Assembly: GCA_963663805.2 (NCBI GenBank)
Contig: CAXXMR010000009.1
Span: 352,001 to 416,000 of the forward strand
Direction of reading: 5' to 3'
Length of the DNA: 64,000 nucleotides
From: Sedimentisphaerales bacterium
Lineage (GTDB): Bacteria; Planctomycetota; Phycisphaerae; Sedimentisphaerales; SM23-30
Under the pieces are notes generated by a model. It had not been told where the DNA came from, ran no database searches, and saw nothing but the letters and a program-made list of their open reading frames with translations. This document shows, piece after piece, positions 40,195-47,932 of this stretch. The first letter of the stretch is position 1, and each line of letters opens with the position of its first letter. Made by a program: the position numbers and the translations under genes.

Positions 40195-41325
40195 ATGTCT
40201 TTGAGCACACCCGGGAACAGAAGTGTTGGAATCGCGAAAGGTGCCGACCGTTTTGATAATGTAAAAGTTGCCGCAAAAAAATGTCACCAGACCTTCGCTG
40301 CTCCGGTCCAGTTGACCCGCTTCGAAGGCAACCCCATAATTTCGCCCGACCCCGACCACAAATGGGAGAGCATGGTAACCACCAATCCCGGCGCCTGGTA
40401 CGATCAGGAGACCGGACGCGTCAGTCTGCTCTATCGTGCCGCCGGCAGTGATGCCGAGCATGTTGTACGCTTGGGGCTGGCCACCAGTGACGACGGTTAC
40501 AACTTCCAACGTTACGACCAGCCCGCCATTTCACCCAGCCGCGACGGTGCCGACGCCGGCTGCCTCGAAGACCCCAGAATCGTCAAAATAGATGATTATT
40601 ACTATATTACCTACGCTTCCCGTTTCAATCCCCCCGGCAAATATTGGCTTCATCAGGGACGCTGCGATATTTTCCCCCAAGTGCGACCGGACTTCCCCGC
40701 CTATATCAGGGACAATTTAACCACTAGCGGATTGCTTTTGACCAGGGATTTCAAGAAATTTATCCGCGCTGGATTCCTGACCAATCCGATACTGGACGAC
40801 CGTGACGTGATTTTATTCCCCGAAAAAATCAACGGCAGATATTACATGATTCATCGGCCTCTGCAATGGTGCGGCCCAGGCTACAAAACCGAATTCCCCG
40901 CTATGTGGATTTCCGCCGGCGACGACCTGCTGAACCTAAACCAGAGCAAACTGCTGGCCAAAGCCCAATACCCCTGGGAATGCAAGGTCGGTGGGAACAC
41001 CCCGCCCCTGCGAACCGAACACGGTTGGCTCGTAGTGTATCATGCCGTCGGCAGTGATAAATATTACCGACTCGGTGCTATGCTGCTAGACCTCGACGAC
41101 CCGACCATCGTCCGCTATCGCACCAGCAAATGGATTTTTCAGCCCGAAGAAGAATACGAAACAAACGGATTCTATTTCGGCGGGGGGGTGGTCTTCCCCT
41201 GCGGCAAAGTAGTAATCGGCGACACCATTTTTGTCTACTACGGCGCTGCCGACAAATATGTCGGCCTGGCCACTTGCCCGCTCAACGACCTGCTGGACTA
41301 CCTGCTCAATTGCCCGGCAAATTAA
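40195..41325 (+). CDS. GH130 beta-mannoside phosphorylase/glycosidase
   Basis: NPII, NPGA, LYRA, EDPRI, LFPEKING, HRP, VVFPCG and YYGAAD motifs. Confidence 0.92.
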   Translation: MSLSTPGNRSVGIAKGADRFDNVKVAAKKCHQTFAAPVQLTRFEGNPIISPDPDHKWESMVTTNPGAWYDQETGRVSLLYRAAGSDAEHVVRLGLATSDDGYNFQRYDQPAISPSRDGADAGCLEDPRIVKIDDYYYITYASRFNPPGKYWLHQGRCDIFPQVRPDFPAYIRDNLTTSGLLLTRDFKKFIRAGFLTNPILDDRDVILFPEKINGRYYMIHRPLQWCGPGYKTEFPAMWISAGDDLLNLNQSKLLAKAQYPWECKVGGNTPPLRTEHGWLVVYHAVGSDKYYRLGAMLLDLDDPTIVRYRTSKWIFQPEEEYETNGFYFGGGVVFPCGKVVIGDTIFVYYGAADKYVGLATCPLNDLLDYLLNCPAN

Positions 41326-41426
41326 TTTCGACGCAGCTCAAGTTCAACAAAAGACGAGCCGCATAACCGGTCGGATAATAAAAAAAAACGCACAAGGCAC
41401 GTCCAATTTCCAATTATACAATCCTC

Positions 41427-41455
41427 TTGAATTGCAATTGTGTTTATAGTATAAT
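41427..41455 (+). promoter_or_regulatory. Sigma-70 promoter of cassette 3
   Basis: TTGAAT-17 bp-TATAAT. Confidence 0.65.
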
Positions 41456-41493
41456 GCCGAACACGTTTGTTTTTGCAGGACAGATATTAAAAG

Positions 41494-41829
41494 ATGACGA
41501 GCAAGAAGTGGACAATCAGGACCTTCGCGATTGGGCTGGCCTTAACCGCCCTATACGCCAGCAGCACAAACCTGCTGCTAACCGTCCACATAAACTCCGT
41601 CTGCCATCATAATCACAGCGGCGGCTCAGATTCCCCCTGCCACGACAGCGACAAATGCCCCATCTGCCAGAATCTCATGTTCGTCGCCAAAACCTGCCAC
41701 ATCGAACCGCAACTTCATCTACCCTCATACGAAACCGTCAATTTCGTCACGGTTTCGCCGGAAACAGTCTTTGTTTCAACCCTGACCCCCGACGCTTTCC
41801 GCTGCCGCCCACCCCCCATCGCGGCTTGA
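41494..41829 (+). CDS. DUF2946/CruR-like small protein (signal-like N-terminus, His-rich, CxxC, C-terminal RPPP)
   Basis: Hydrophobic N-terminus, CHHNH, CHDSDKCPIC and a C-terminal RCRPPPIAA*. Confidence 0.75.
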   Translation: MTSKKWTIRTFAIGLALTALYASSTNLLLTVHINSVCHHNHSGGSDSPCHDSDKCPICQNLMFVAKTCHIEPQLHLPSYETVNFVTVSPETVFVSTLTPDAFRCRPPPIAA

Positions 41830-41962
41830 AACCCAATCTATAATTTGTAATTAAATATTAAATCAGATGTGTTGTTGCGCGCCTGTTGCTGTTGTCCCTG
41901 TTTTAGGGGTGAGCGGAGGTGATTGCGCATCAATACCACAAATCATCTATCGAGAGGATAAT

Positions 41963-42643
41963 ATGCGCAAATTTATTATTACACTTACCGTTATTGCCCT
42001 GACCGCGAATCTCGCCTGGGCCCATTCTCACACCCACGTCGGCATCAATCAGGACCAGATAACCGGCACCGCCGACGACAACCAGCTTTGGTTTTTCTCT
42101 ATGCCCGGCACAACCGGCTGGCCCGACTGGTCCGAACCGCTGGAACTCACCCCGGTCCAGACAGGACTGCTCGCCGGAACCTGGATTTGCAGCGAACTGG
42201 ACTGCTGGCATTCCGCCCACCCCGAACACGGTAACTGGCAATTGGGCGGCATGGATGAAAATACCCAATCCGACTGGCAAATCGCCATCGAAAGAGTTTC
42301 TTTCAGCGACGGATTCTTCATGCTCGACGAAGAATCCCTAACCCCGGTTCTGCAAAGCGACGGCGACCAATACACCTTTGAAACTATCTGGATGACCGAC
42401 GTTTATAACGAAAACGGCACACTTGGTGCCTGGGGTTTTCACACCCACCTCCTTTTCGGTGTTGCATCTGCCCAGCCCGGCGAAACTTTCACCGCCACCT
42501 TCAAAGCCCTCGATACCGGAACCACTGGCTATCAGACTTCAGATGAATACACCCTGACCTTCGTAACCGTACCCGAACCGGCCACTTTGATGATTCTCGC
42601 CGCAGGTGCGGTTTTAATCAGAAAAACCAGACACCGCTCATAA
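41963..42643 (+). CDS. PEP-CTERM protein with His motifs (putative metal-binding)
   Basis: GAGG RBS; signal peptide; mature N-terminus HSHTH; WHSAH and FHTH; C-terminal VPEPAT, TM segment, RKTRHR. Confidence 0.88.
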   Translation: MRKFIITLTVIALTANLAWAHSHTHVGINQDQITGTADDNQLWFFSMPGTTGWPDWSEPLELTPVQTGLLAGTWICSELDCWHSAHPEHGNWQLGGMDENTQSDWQIAIERVSFSDGFFMLDEESLTPVLQSDGDQYTFETIWMTDVYNENGTLGAWGFHTHLLFGVASAQPGETFTATFKALDTGTTGYQTSDEYTLTFVTVPEPATLMILAAGAVLIRKTRHRS

Positions 42644-42656
42644 CCATTACCAAACC

Positions 42657-42686
42657 GGGTATGTCCGCAGAGGGGCGGGCATACCC
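42657..42686 (+). other. Intra-operon stem-loop without a U-tract
   Basis: GGGTATGTCCGC-AGAGGG-GCGGGCATACCC, 12 bp stem. Confidence 0.65.
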
Positions 42687-42753
42687 ATTCTCCAAAACAA
42701 AAGCCGAGTCGCGTGAGCGACCGGAGCATTTGTTCAAAAACAGAGATTTCGCG

Positions 42754-43467
42754 ATGACGAATAAAAAAGCTTTCACGCTTGTAGAACTATTGGTTGTGGT
42801 AGCGATAATCGCCCTGCTGGTCAGCATCTTGCTGCCCGCCCTGGGACAGGCCCGCGAATCAGCCAGAGCAGTAGTATGCCTCAACAACATGCGACAAATG
42901 GGCCTGACCAGCCAGCTATATCTCATCGACCATAAATACCGCCTGCCCCCCAGCTCCTGCCACGTCGCTCAGCCGGAGGACTTCTGGCTGGTCAAGCTCG
43001 GCGAATATACCCAACAAGACCTGCTCTTTCGTTGCCCCAGCGACAAAACCCCCAGCGACGAATTCGTCGATTGGCTTAAAATATCCTCAAATACCTCAAT
43101 TTCTGAAAAACGCTATTCCAGCTACGGCCTGAATCCCTGGCTCGACCAGAAAAAACCAATCGACGGCACTCCCAACTATTATAACAACGTCCAGAACGTA
43201 CCTCGCCCCATGTCTGCTGTCTGGAGCTTCGAACTGCCCGAATCAACCCGCGGCGCTGACCATGTCCATCCCGAAGGATGGTTTGGCTCAATCGACGCCG
43301 CCAAAAAACAAATCGCCTGGGACCGCCATCAGGAAAAATCAAATTACCTTTTCGTTGACGGACACGTCGAAAAACTCGCTATTGGAAAAACCTACGACCC
43401 CCAGGGCCAGTGTTACTGGTTCCCCGAATCAGCACCCGCCTTCCCCAAATGGATTACTGGCCCTTAA
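42754..43467 (+). CDS. DUF1559-type prepilin protein with an H-X9-DG motif
   Basis: [61 protein letters not shown]. Confidence 0.93.
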   Translation: MTNKKAFTLVELLVVVAIIALLVSILLPALGQARESARAVVCLNNMRQMGLTSQLYLIDHKYRLPPSSCHVAQPEDFWLVKLGEYTQQDLLFRCPSDKTPSDEFVDWLKISSNTSISEKRYSSYGLNPWLDQKKPIDGTPNYYNNVQNVPRPMSAVWSFELPESTRGADHVHPEGWFGSIDAAKKQIAWDRHQEKSNYLFVDGHVEKLAIGKTYDPQGQCYWFPESAPAFPKWITGP

Positions 43468-43485
43468 TCAAAATAGGAGACTGAC

Positions 43486-44271
43486 ATGTACTACCGAATA
43501 TTTCTGCTCATAACCATGCTAACCGCCCACGTCCAGGCTTATTGCATACAGGACCATCTGTTCATCGGCTGCAATCAGGACGGTATTACCGGCACCGACG
43601 ACGACCAGAAACTTTTCATCGACTGCCGCCATAAATACCGTAACGCCTCACCCCAATGGCATTACAGCCTCTACCAAAGCGGTTTCAACCAGCGTAATTG
43701 GGTTATCAACGAACCCGGCTTCGATGAAATACACGACCCTAACGAACCACCCAGCGATCATCCGCTAAAAGACCCCAACTCCAGCCCCCAGGGTACACGT
43801 AACACCGATTACCAGATCTGGATAGAGTGTGTTGACATCTCCGAAAATTTCAAAGTCTGTAATCTCGACGAATCCATCCTGCTCGACGAACCCGGTGATG
43901 CCTTCAATCACAGCTACTACTCCGCTGCCAACGACGGCCATCTGCACCTCTGGTACATCTATACTAACCTGTCTGCCTCAGACCCCGCCCCGACAGGTCT
44001 GCTTTGGGCCACCTTCCGTGTATACGACAACCTTGGCCCTTATCACTCCTCCGAGCCTTTTACGGTAGTCTTCGTCTCCGACCCACTCAGCGGAGATATT
44101 GTCGTCGATAATTTCGTAAACCTCGCCGACTTTGCCTTCATCAGCCGCTATTGGCTCAGTACAGATGCCTCAACCATCAACGATTACCAACAGCGAGCCG
44201 ACCACGACCGTAGCGGAACCGTGGATTTACTGGATTTAATAGCCCTGCTGGAGAACTACCTGGCCGAATAA
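43486..44271 (+). CDS. Secreted paralog of the upstream PEP-CTERM protein, with a double EF-hand/dockerin-like tail
   Basis: HLFIGCNQDGITGTDDDQKL vs [33 protein letters not shown]; tail GDIVVDNFVNLADF...YWL...ADHDRSGTVDLLDL. Confidence 0.85.
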   Translation: MYYRIFLLITMLTAHVQAYCIQDHLFIGCNQDGITGTDDDQKLFIDCRHKYRNASPQWHYSLYQSGFNQRNWVINEPGFDEIHDPNEPPSDHPLKDPNSSPQGTRNTDYQIWIECVDISENFKVCNLDESILLDEPGDAFNHSYYSAANDGHLHLWYIYTNLSASDPAPTGLLWATFRVYDNLGPYHSSEPFTVVFVSDPLSGDIVVDNFVNLADFAFISRYWLSTDASTINDYQQRADHDRSGTVDLLDLIALLENYLAE

Positions 44272-44356
44272 AACCAGAAATTTTATACCATTTTAATTCT
44301 TATTGTGTTCTAATCGCCGACCTGAGAACTATGTTTGCGGTACATAAGGATTAATA

Positions 44357-45187
44357 ATGGCATCATACCAGCATTTAATAACGATTATTTTACTGCTATT
44401 CTTGTCCAGCGGGATGGCTGGCTGCACCGGGGGCAGTTACCAGCAGCCTTCAGTAAGTTATATGCCCCGTGCGGGCACTTCCGGCCAACTGGAATATACC
44501 ATTGTCCTGGCCAACTACCGTGGTGCCGGCAGCATGGAACAGGCCCAAAGAGTTCAGCAGCAGGCCCAGCAACTGCTCAGCGAAGACATCTGGCTCAGCT
44601 ACCAAGAGCCCGACACCGTAATGGTCAATTACGGCCATTTTCAGGGCAGTGACAAATCTTCCCAAACTCAGCGCGAATGGCAGAAAGTCAAACAGCCCAA
44701 TTTCTACTCCAAACTAAAAGCTGGCGCCTATCAGTTTTCCTATATCCGAGAACTGCCCCAGGTGGACCCTGCCGCACCGGACGAATGGAACCTGCTCAAC
44801 AGCGACTGCTTCTACAGCCTCGAAATCGGTACCTACTTTAACGTACCCGACGCCAGCTATTACAACCGCAAAGCCGACGCCGTTGCCGGAGTACGCAACC
44901 TCCGCGCCGAGGGCAAGACGGCCTTCTTTGTCCACGGCCAAAAAGAGTCCAGAGTCTACGTCGGCTGCTTCCCCAGAGAAGCCGTCCAGACCTTCAACCA
45001 GCACGGCAAAGTTGAAATAACCCTGGCGCCCCTGGCCCAACTGATGATAGACCAATACCAATTCTGGCTCGAAAACGGAGCCAAAGTTATCACCGTCCAG
45101 CACACCCCACAGGGCCAGGAATTCAAAATCCCCCGAAAACCAGTACTGGTCAATATAGACCTGCTGGCCGAAGAAATAAACTTCTAA
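44357..45187 (+). CDS. Hypothetical lipoprotein
   Basis: Lipobox MAGC; 276 aa; possibly SPOR-like segments (not confirmed). Confidence 0.75.
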   Translation: MASYQHLITIILLLFLSSGMAGCTGGSYQQPSVSYMPRAGTSGQLEYTIVLANYRGAGSMEQAQRVQQQAQQLLSEDIWLSYQEPDTVMVNYGHFQGSDKSSQTQREWQKVKQPNFYSKLKAGAYQFSYIRELPQVDPAAPDEWNLLNSDCFYSLEIGTYFNVPDASYYNRKADAVAGVRNLRAEGKTAFFVHGQKESRVYVGCFPREAVQTFNQHGKVEITLAPLAQLMIDQYQFWLENGAKVITVQHTPQGQEFKIPRKPVLVNIDLLAEEINF

Positions 45188-45233
45188 CTGCCCCACAAAA
45201 ACACGATTTTAGGGGCCAAAAACGCAAAATTAT

Positions 45234-46682
45234 CAATCCTGTTCGGCACATTTATTGCTCAAATACAGTTTTTCTGTGGTCTTTGCAGTTCATATGATTT
45301 AGCGGGGATTATCCCTCAGTGGGACTGTCGGCACTGGTTATTTTGGCGCAGCATCAGCGGCAGCGGCGATTTTTTTGAGGATCGGCCTTAGTTTTGGCTT
45401 TGGAGTTTATTGATATGGTTCTGCATTTCTTGCTCGTCGGCCATGCCGCAGAGGTGCCAGCAGAGCATTTCGTAGGTTCTTAAAGTTGGTTTTTTGCCCG
45501 TCCACAGGCTGATCAGCATACAGGCGATAATCGCGGCGTACATCTGTAGTTCGATACCGTTTTCGCAGAGGCTTAGCAGATGTCGGCAGCCCAGCACATG
45601 CTTAAAAAAGCGGAAAAATATTTCGATGGCCCAGCGTTTCTGATAGAGCAGGGCAATGACTTCGGCGTCCAGGTCCAGCCGGTCGGTGGCAATCAAAATC
45701 ATCTCACTCTGACGTGGTCCCTGGCCCCGTTTCAAATGCGGTTGACATTCAACCGCTATCAGGCGTAACGGTTGTTTGAAATCTTCCCGCAGTTTTTCAC
45801 TGCTGCCGGCGATTACCGTACGATCAAAAATTATCCCCGCTTTTCGAGCATCTTCAGTTAAAGGTTTTTCCTGAATAGTTTCGTAAACCGTATCCTCACG
45901 CAGCCGACAGACAAAAGAGCTTTTACTATCCACAATGGCCTGAAACAGCTTAAAACAGGCATATCCACGATCATTGACATAAATCCGGCCGGGCTGAAGA
46001 TTCTCTAAAAAAACCTTTCGCTCATCAGACTTGTCTTCACTGATATTTATTTTCAGAGGCACATATTTTTCCAGATCAAACTGAGTGTGTGCTTTAATTC
46101 CGGGTTTGTCGGTGTCCCAGGCAGCCTGAGTGAGTTTTTGCAAAGCCTGAATACTGCTGCCGTCCACCAGGGTAATGACCTGACCGACTTCCAGTTTTTT
46201 GTCCTGAGATATCGGCCCTAACTGCTCAGTGAGTTGAGCGATTATCGGCTCTAACAAAGAACTCTCAAAAACCCGGGATGCTTCCGAAAGCGAACCCAGC
46301 GAAGCACGCGAACAACCCAACAGCCGCTGTACCTTTTTGAGCTCGCCGGCCTGCTGCAAAGACCGGATGGAACTGCAGATCGGATTGAACATGTATAACA
46401 GCAGCAGACTGACATACTGGTCCATGAATAATGTGCGATTGCCGGCCCGGTCCCGCTCACATCCCGCCGAGTGAAGACCTTTCAGCAGAGCCGAGAGGGA
46501 CTTGAAATACTTGAACCCACGCAGGTCCCGCTCCTTGATTTTCTGACGCTTAGCACTCATGCCTCCTATTAGAGCATAAATATCCCTCGAGCGCAAATTA
46601 CCTATCTTAACATTTCGGGTTTTTTTTAAAAAAAATACAGGAGGCCAAAAGCCTAAAGCAATAAATGTGCCGAACAGGATTG
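45234..46682 (-). mobile_element. Complete IS4-family element, 1449 bp
   Basis: Perfect 26 bp terminal IRs CAATCCTGTTCGGCACATTTATTGCT (45234-45259 / 46657-46682); flanks CAAAATTAT / CAAATTTAT (8/9 candidate TSD). Confidence 0.95.
45388..46560 (-). CDS. IS4-family DDE transposase
   Basis: VDGS, NDRGY and the IS4 signature Y-x2-R-W-x-I-E-x-F-F-R-x2-K (YQKRWAIEIFFRFFK). Confidence 0.95.
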   Translation of the reverse strand: MSAKRQKIKERDLRGFKYFKSLSALLKGLHSAGCERDRAGNRTLFMDQYVSLLLLYMFNPICSSIRSLQQAGELKKVQRLLGCSRASLGSLSEASRVFESSLLEPIIAQLTEQLGPISQDKKLEVGQVITLVDGSSIQALQKLTQAAWDTDKPGIKAHTQFDLEKYVPLKINISEDKSDERKVFLENLQPGRIYVNDRGYACFKLFQAIVDSKSSFVCRLREDTVYETIQEKPLTEDARKAGIIFDRTVIAGSSEKLREDFKQPLRLIAVECQPHLKRGQGPRQSEMILIATDRLDLDAEVIALLYQKRWAIEIFFRFFKHVLGCRHLLSLCENGIELQMYAAIIACMLISLWTGKKPTLRTYEMLCWHLCGMADEQEMQNHINKLQSQN

Positions 46683-46894
46683 CAAATTTATTTGAAATTT
46701 CTCGAAAAAACGCAGAATTTCCCGCAAAAATCGGTTCCTTCAGGCACTTTTGCGCTGCAAAATAAGACCTTGTGCGAACCGAACGTTTCTATTACAGTGG
46801 GGGATATGTTGCGATGGGTGCCGCGGCAATTACAGGGCGTTCTGCCGGTTTCCGAAAAGCCCCAGCGATATAACCTGGTAGGATAACAATAGTT

Positions 46895-47932
46895 ATGATA
46901 GCTAGCGGAAGCACCAACTCGAATGATACGCTTTTAGAGGTCAAGGACTTGAGAACGTACTTTTACTTGGATGAAGGTACGCTCAAGGCGGTTGACGGGG
47001 TGGATTTGACGATTGGGCGGGGCCAAACACTGGCGGTCATCGGCGAGAGTGGTTCGGGCAAGAGCGTCACGGCGCGGAGCATACTGCGGATCGTGCCGCG
47101 GCCGGGGAAGATCGCTTCGGGTGAGATTCTGCTGCATCATACGGATGAGCAGGTTCTGGATTTGACGGCGCTGCCGGATTCAAGCAAAAAGCTGCGGGCC
47201 ATTCGGGGTAAAGATATTTCGATGATATTTCAGGAGCCGATGACTTCGCTTTCGCCGGTGCATACCATCGGTAATCAGATAGTCGAAGGGATTCTGCTGC
47301 ACAAAACACAGGACAGACACGAGGCGAGGCGGATTGCCCTGGACATGATTGAGAAGGTGGGGATTTCGAATCCGGCCCAGCGAATCGATGAATATCCGCA
47401 TCAGCTTTCGGGCGGAATGCGTCAGCGGGCGATGATTGCGATGGCGTTAGCGTGTGACCCGGCACTGCTGATCGCGGATGAGCCAACCACGGCGCTGGAC
47501 GTTACGGTACAGGCCCAAATTCTGGATTTGATGCGGCGATTGCAGCGGGAATTTGGGATGGCGATTCTGTATATCACGCATGACCTGGGCGTGGTGGCGG
47601 AAATCGCCGACGAGGTTGATGTGATGTACCTGGGGCGGGTGGTGGAAGCGGCGGAGACGAAGAAAATTTTCCAGAAACCGCGGCATCCTTATACCATCGG
47701 GCTGCTCAAGTCGATTCCCAAACTGGGCAAGAAGGCCCATACCCGGCTTGACGCTATCGAAGGGACGGTGCCGCTGCCGCTGGACATGCCGCCGCAATGC
47801 GGTTTTTACTCGCGCTGTCCCCGGGCGATTAAGGGAACGTGCGATAGGTCGGTGCCGGTGTTGGCAGAGATCGAGCCGGGTCATAAGGTACGCTGTTTTC
47901 TGTACAGCGACCAGAAGGAGGAGGTCGTCTGA
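46895..47932 (+). CDS. oppD: Oligopeptide/dipeptide-type ABC ATP-binding protein
   Basis: GESGSGKS, QLSGGMRQR, DEPTTALD, HPYT and a Cys-rich C-terminal domain. Confidence 0.93.
   Translation: MIASGSTNSNDTLLEVKDLRTYFYLDEGTLKAVDGVDLTIGRGQTLAVIGESGSGKSVTARSILRIVPRPGKIASGEILLHHTDEQVLDLTALPDSSKKLRAIRGKDISMIFQEPMTSLSPVHTIGNQIVEGILLHKTQDRHEARRIALDMIEKVGISNPAQRIDEYPHQLSGGMRQRAMIAMALACDPALLIADEPTTALDVTVQAQILDLMRRLQREFGMAILYITHDLGVVAEIADEVDVMYLGRVVEAAETKKIFQKPRHPYTIGLLKSIPKLGKKAHTRLDAIEGTVPLPLDMPPQCGFYSRCPRAIKGTCDRSVPVLAEIEPGHKVRCFLYSDQKEEVV

Noticed and set aside
41430..41452. Zur/Fur box overlapping the cassette 3 promoter
   Set aside because: Only a half-site-like TTGCAA is visible; symmetry is too weak to call.
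41867..41962. Cys-rich N-terminal extension MCCCAP of the PEP-CTERM ORF
   Set aside because: A good RBS and signal peptide start at 41963; the upstream stretch is better explained as structured leader RNA.
26018..44271. Cellulosome
   Set aside because: Dockerin-like tails are present, but no cohesin/scaffoldin or cellulase families are seen in the window.
1..46682. Composite transposon bounded by the two IS4 copies
   Set aside because: The 45 kb interval holds housekeeping genes (folE, pepA, rnhB, sigma), the right copy has its own near-matching flanks, and the outer flank of the left copy is outside the window.
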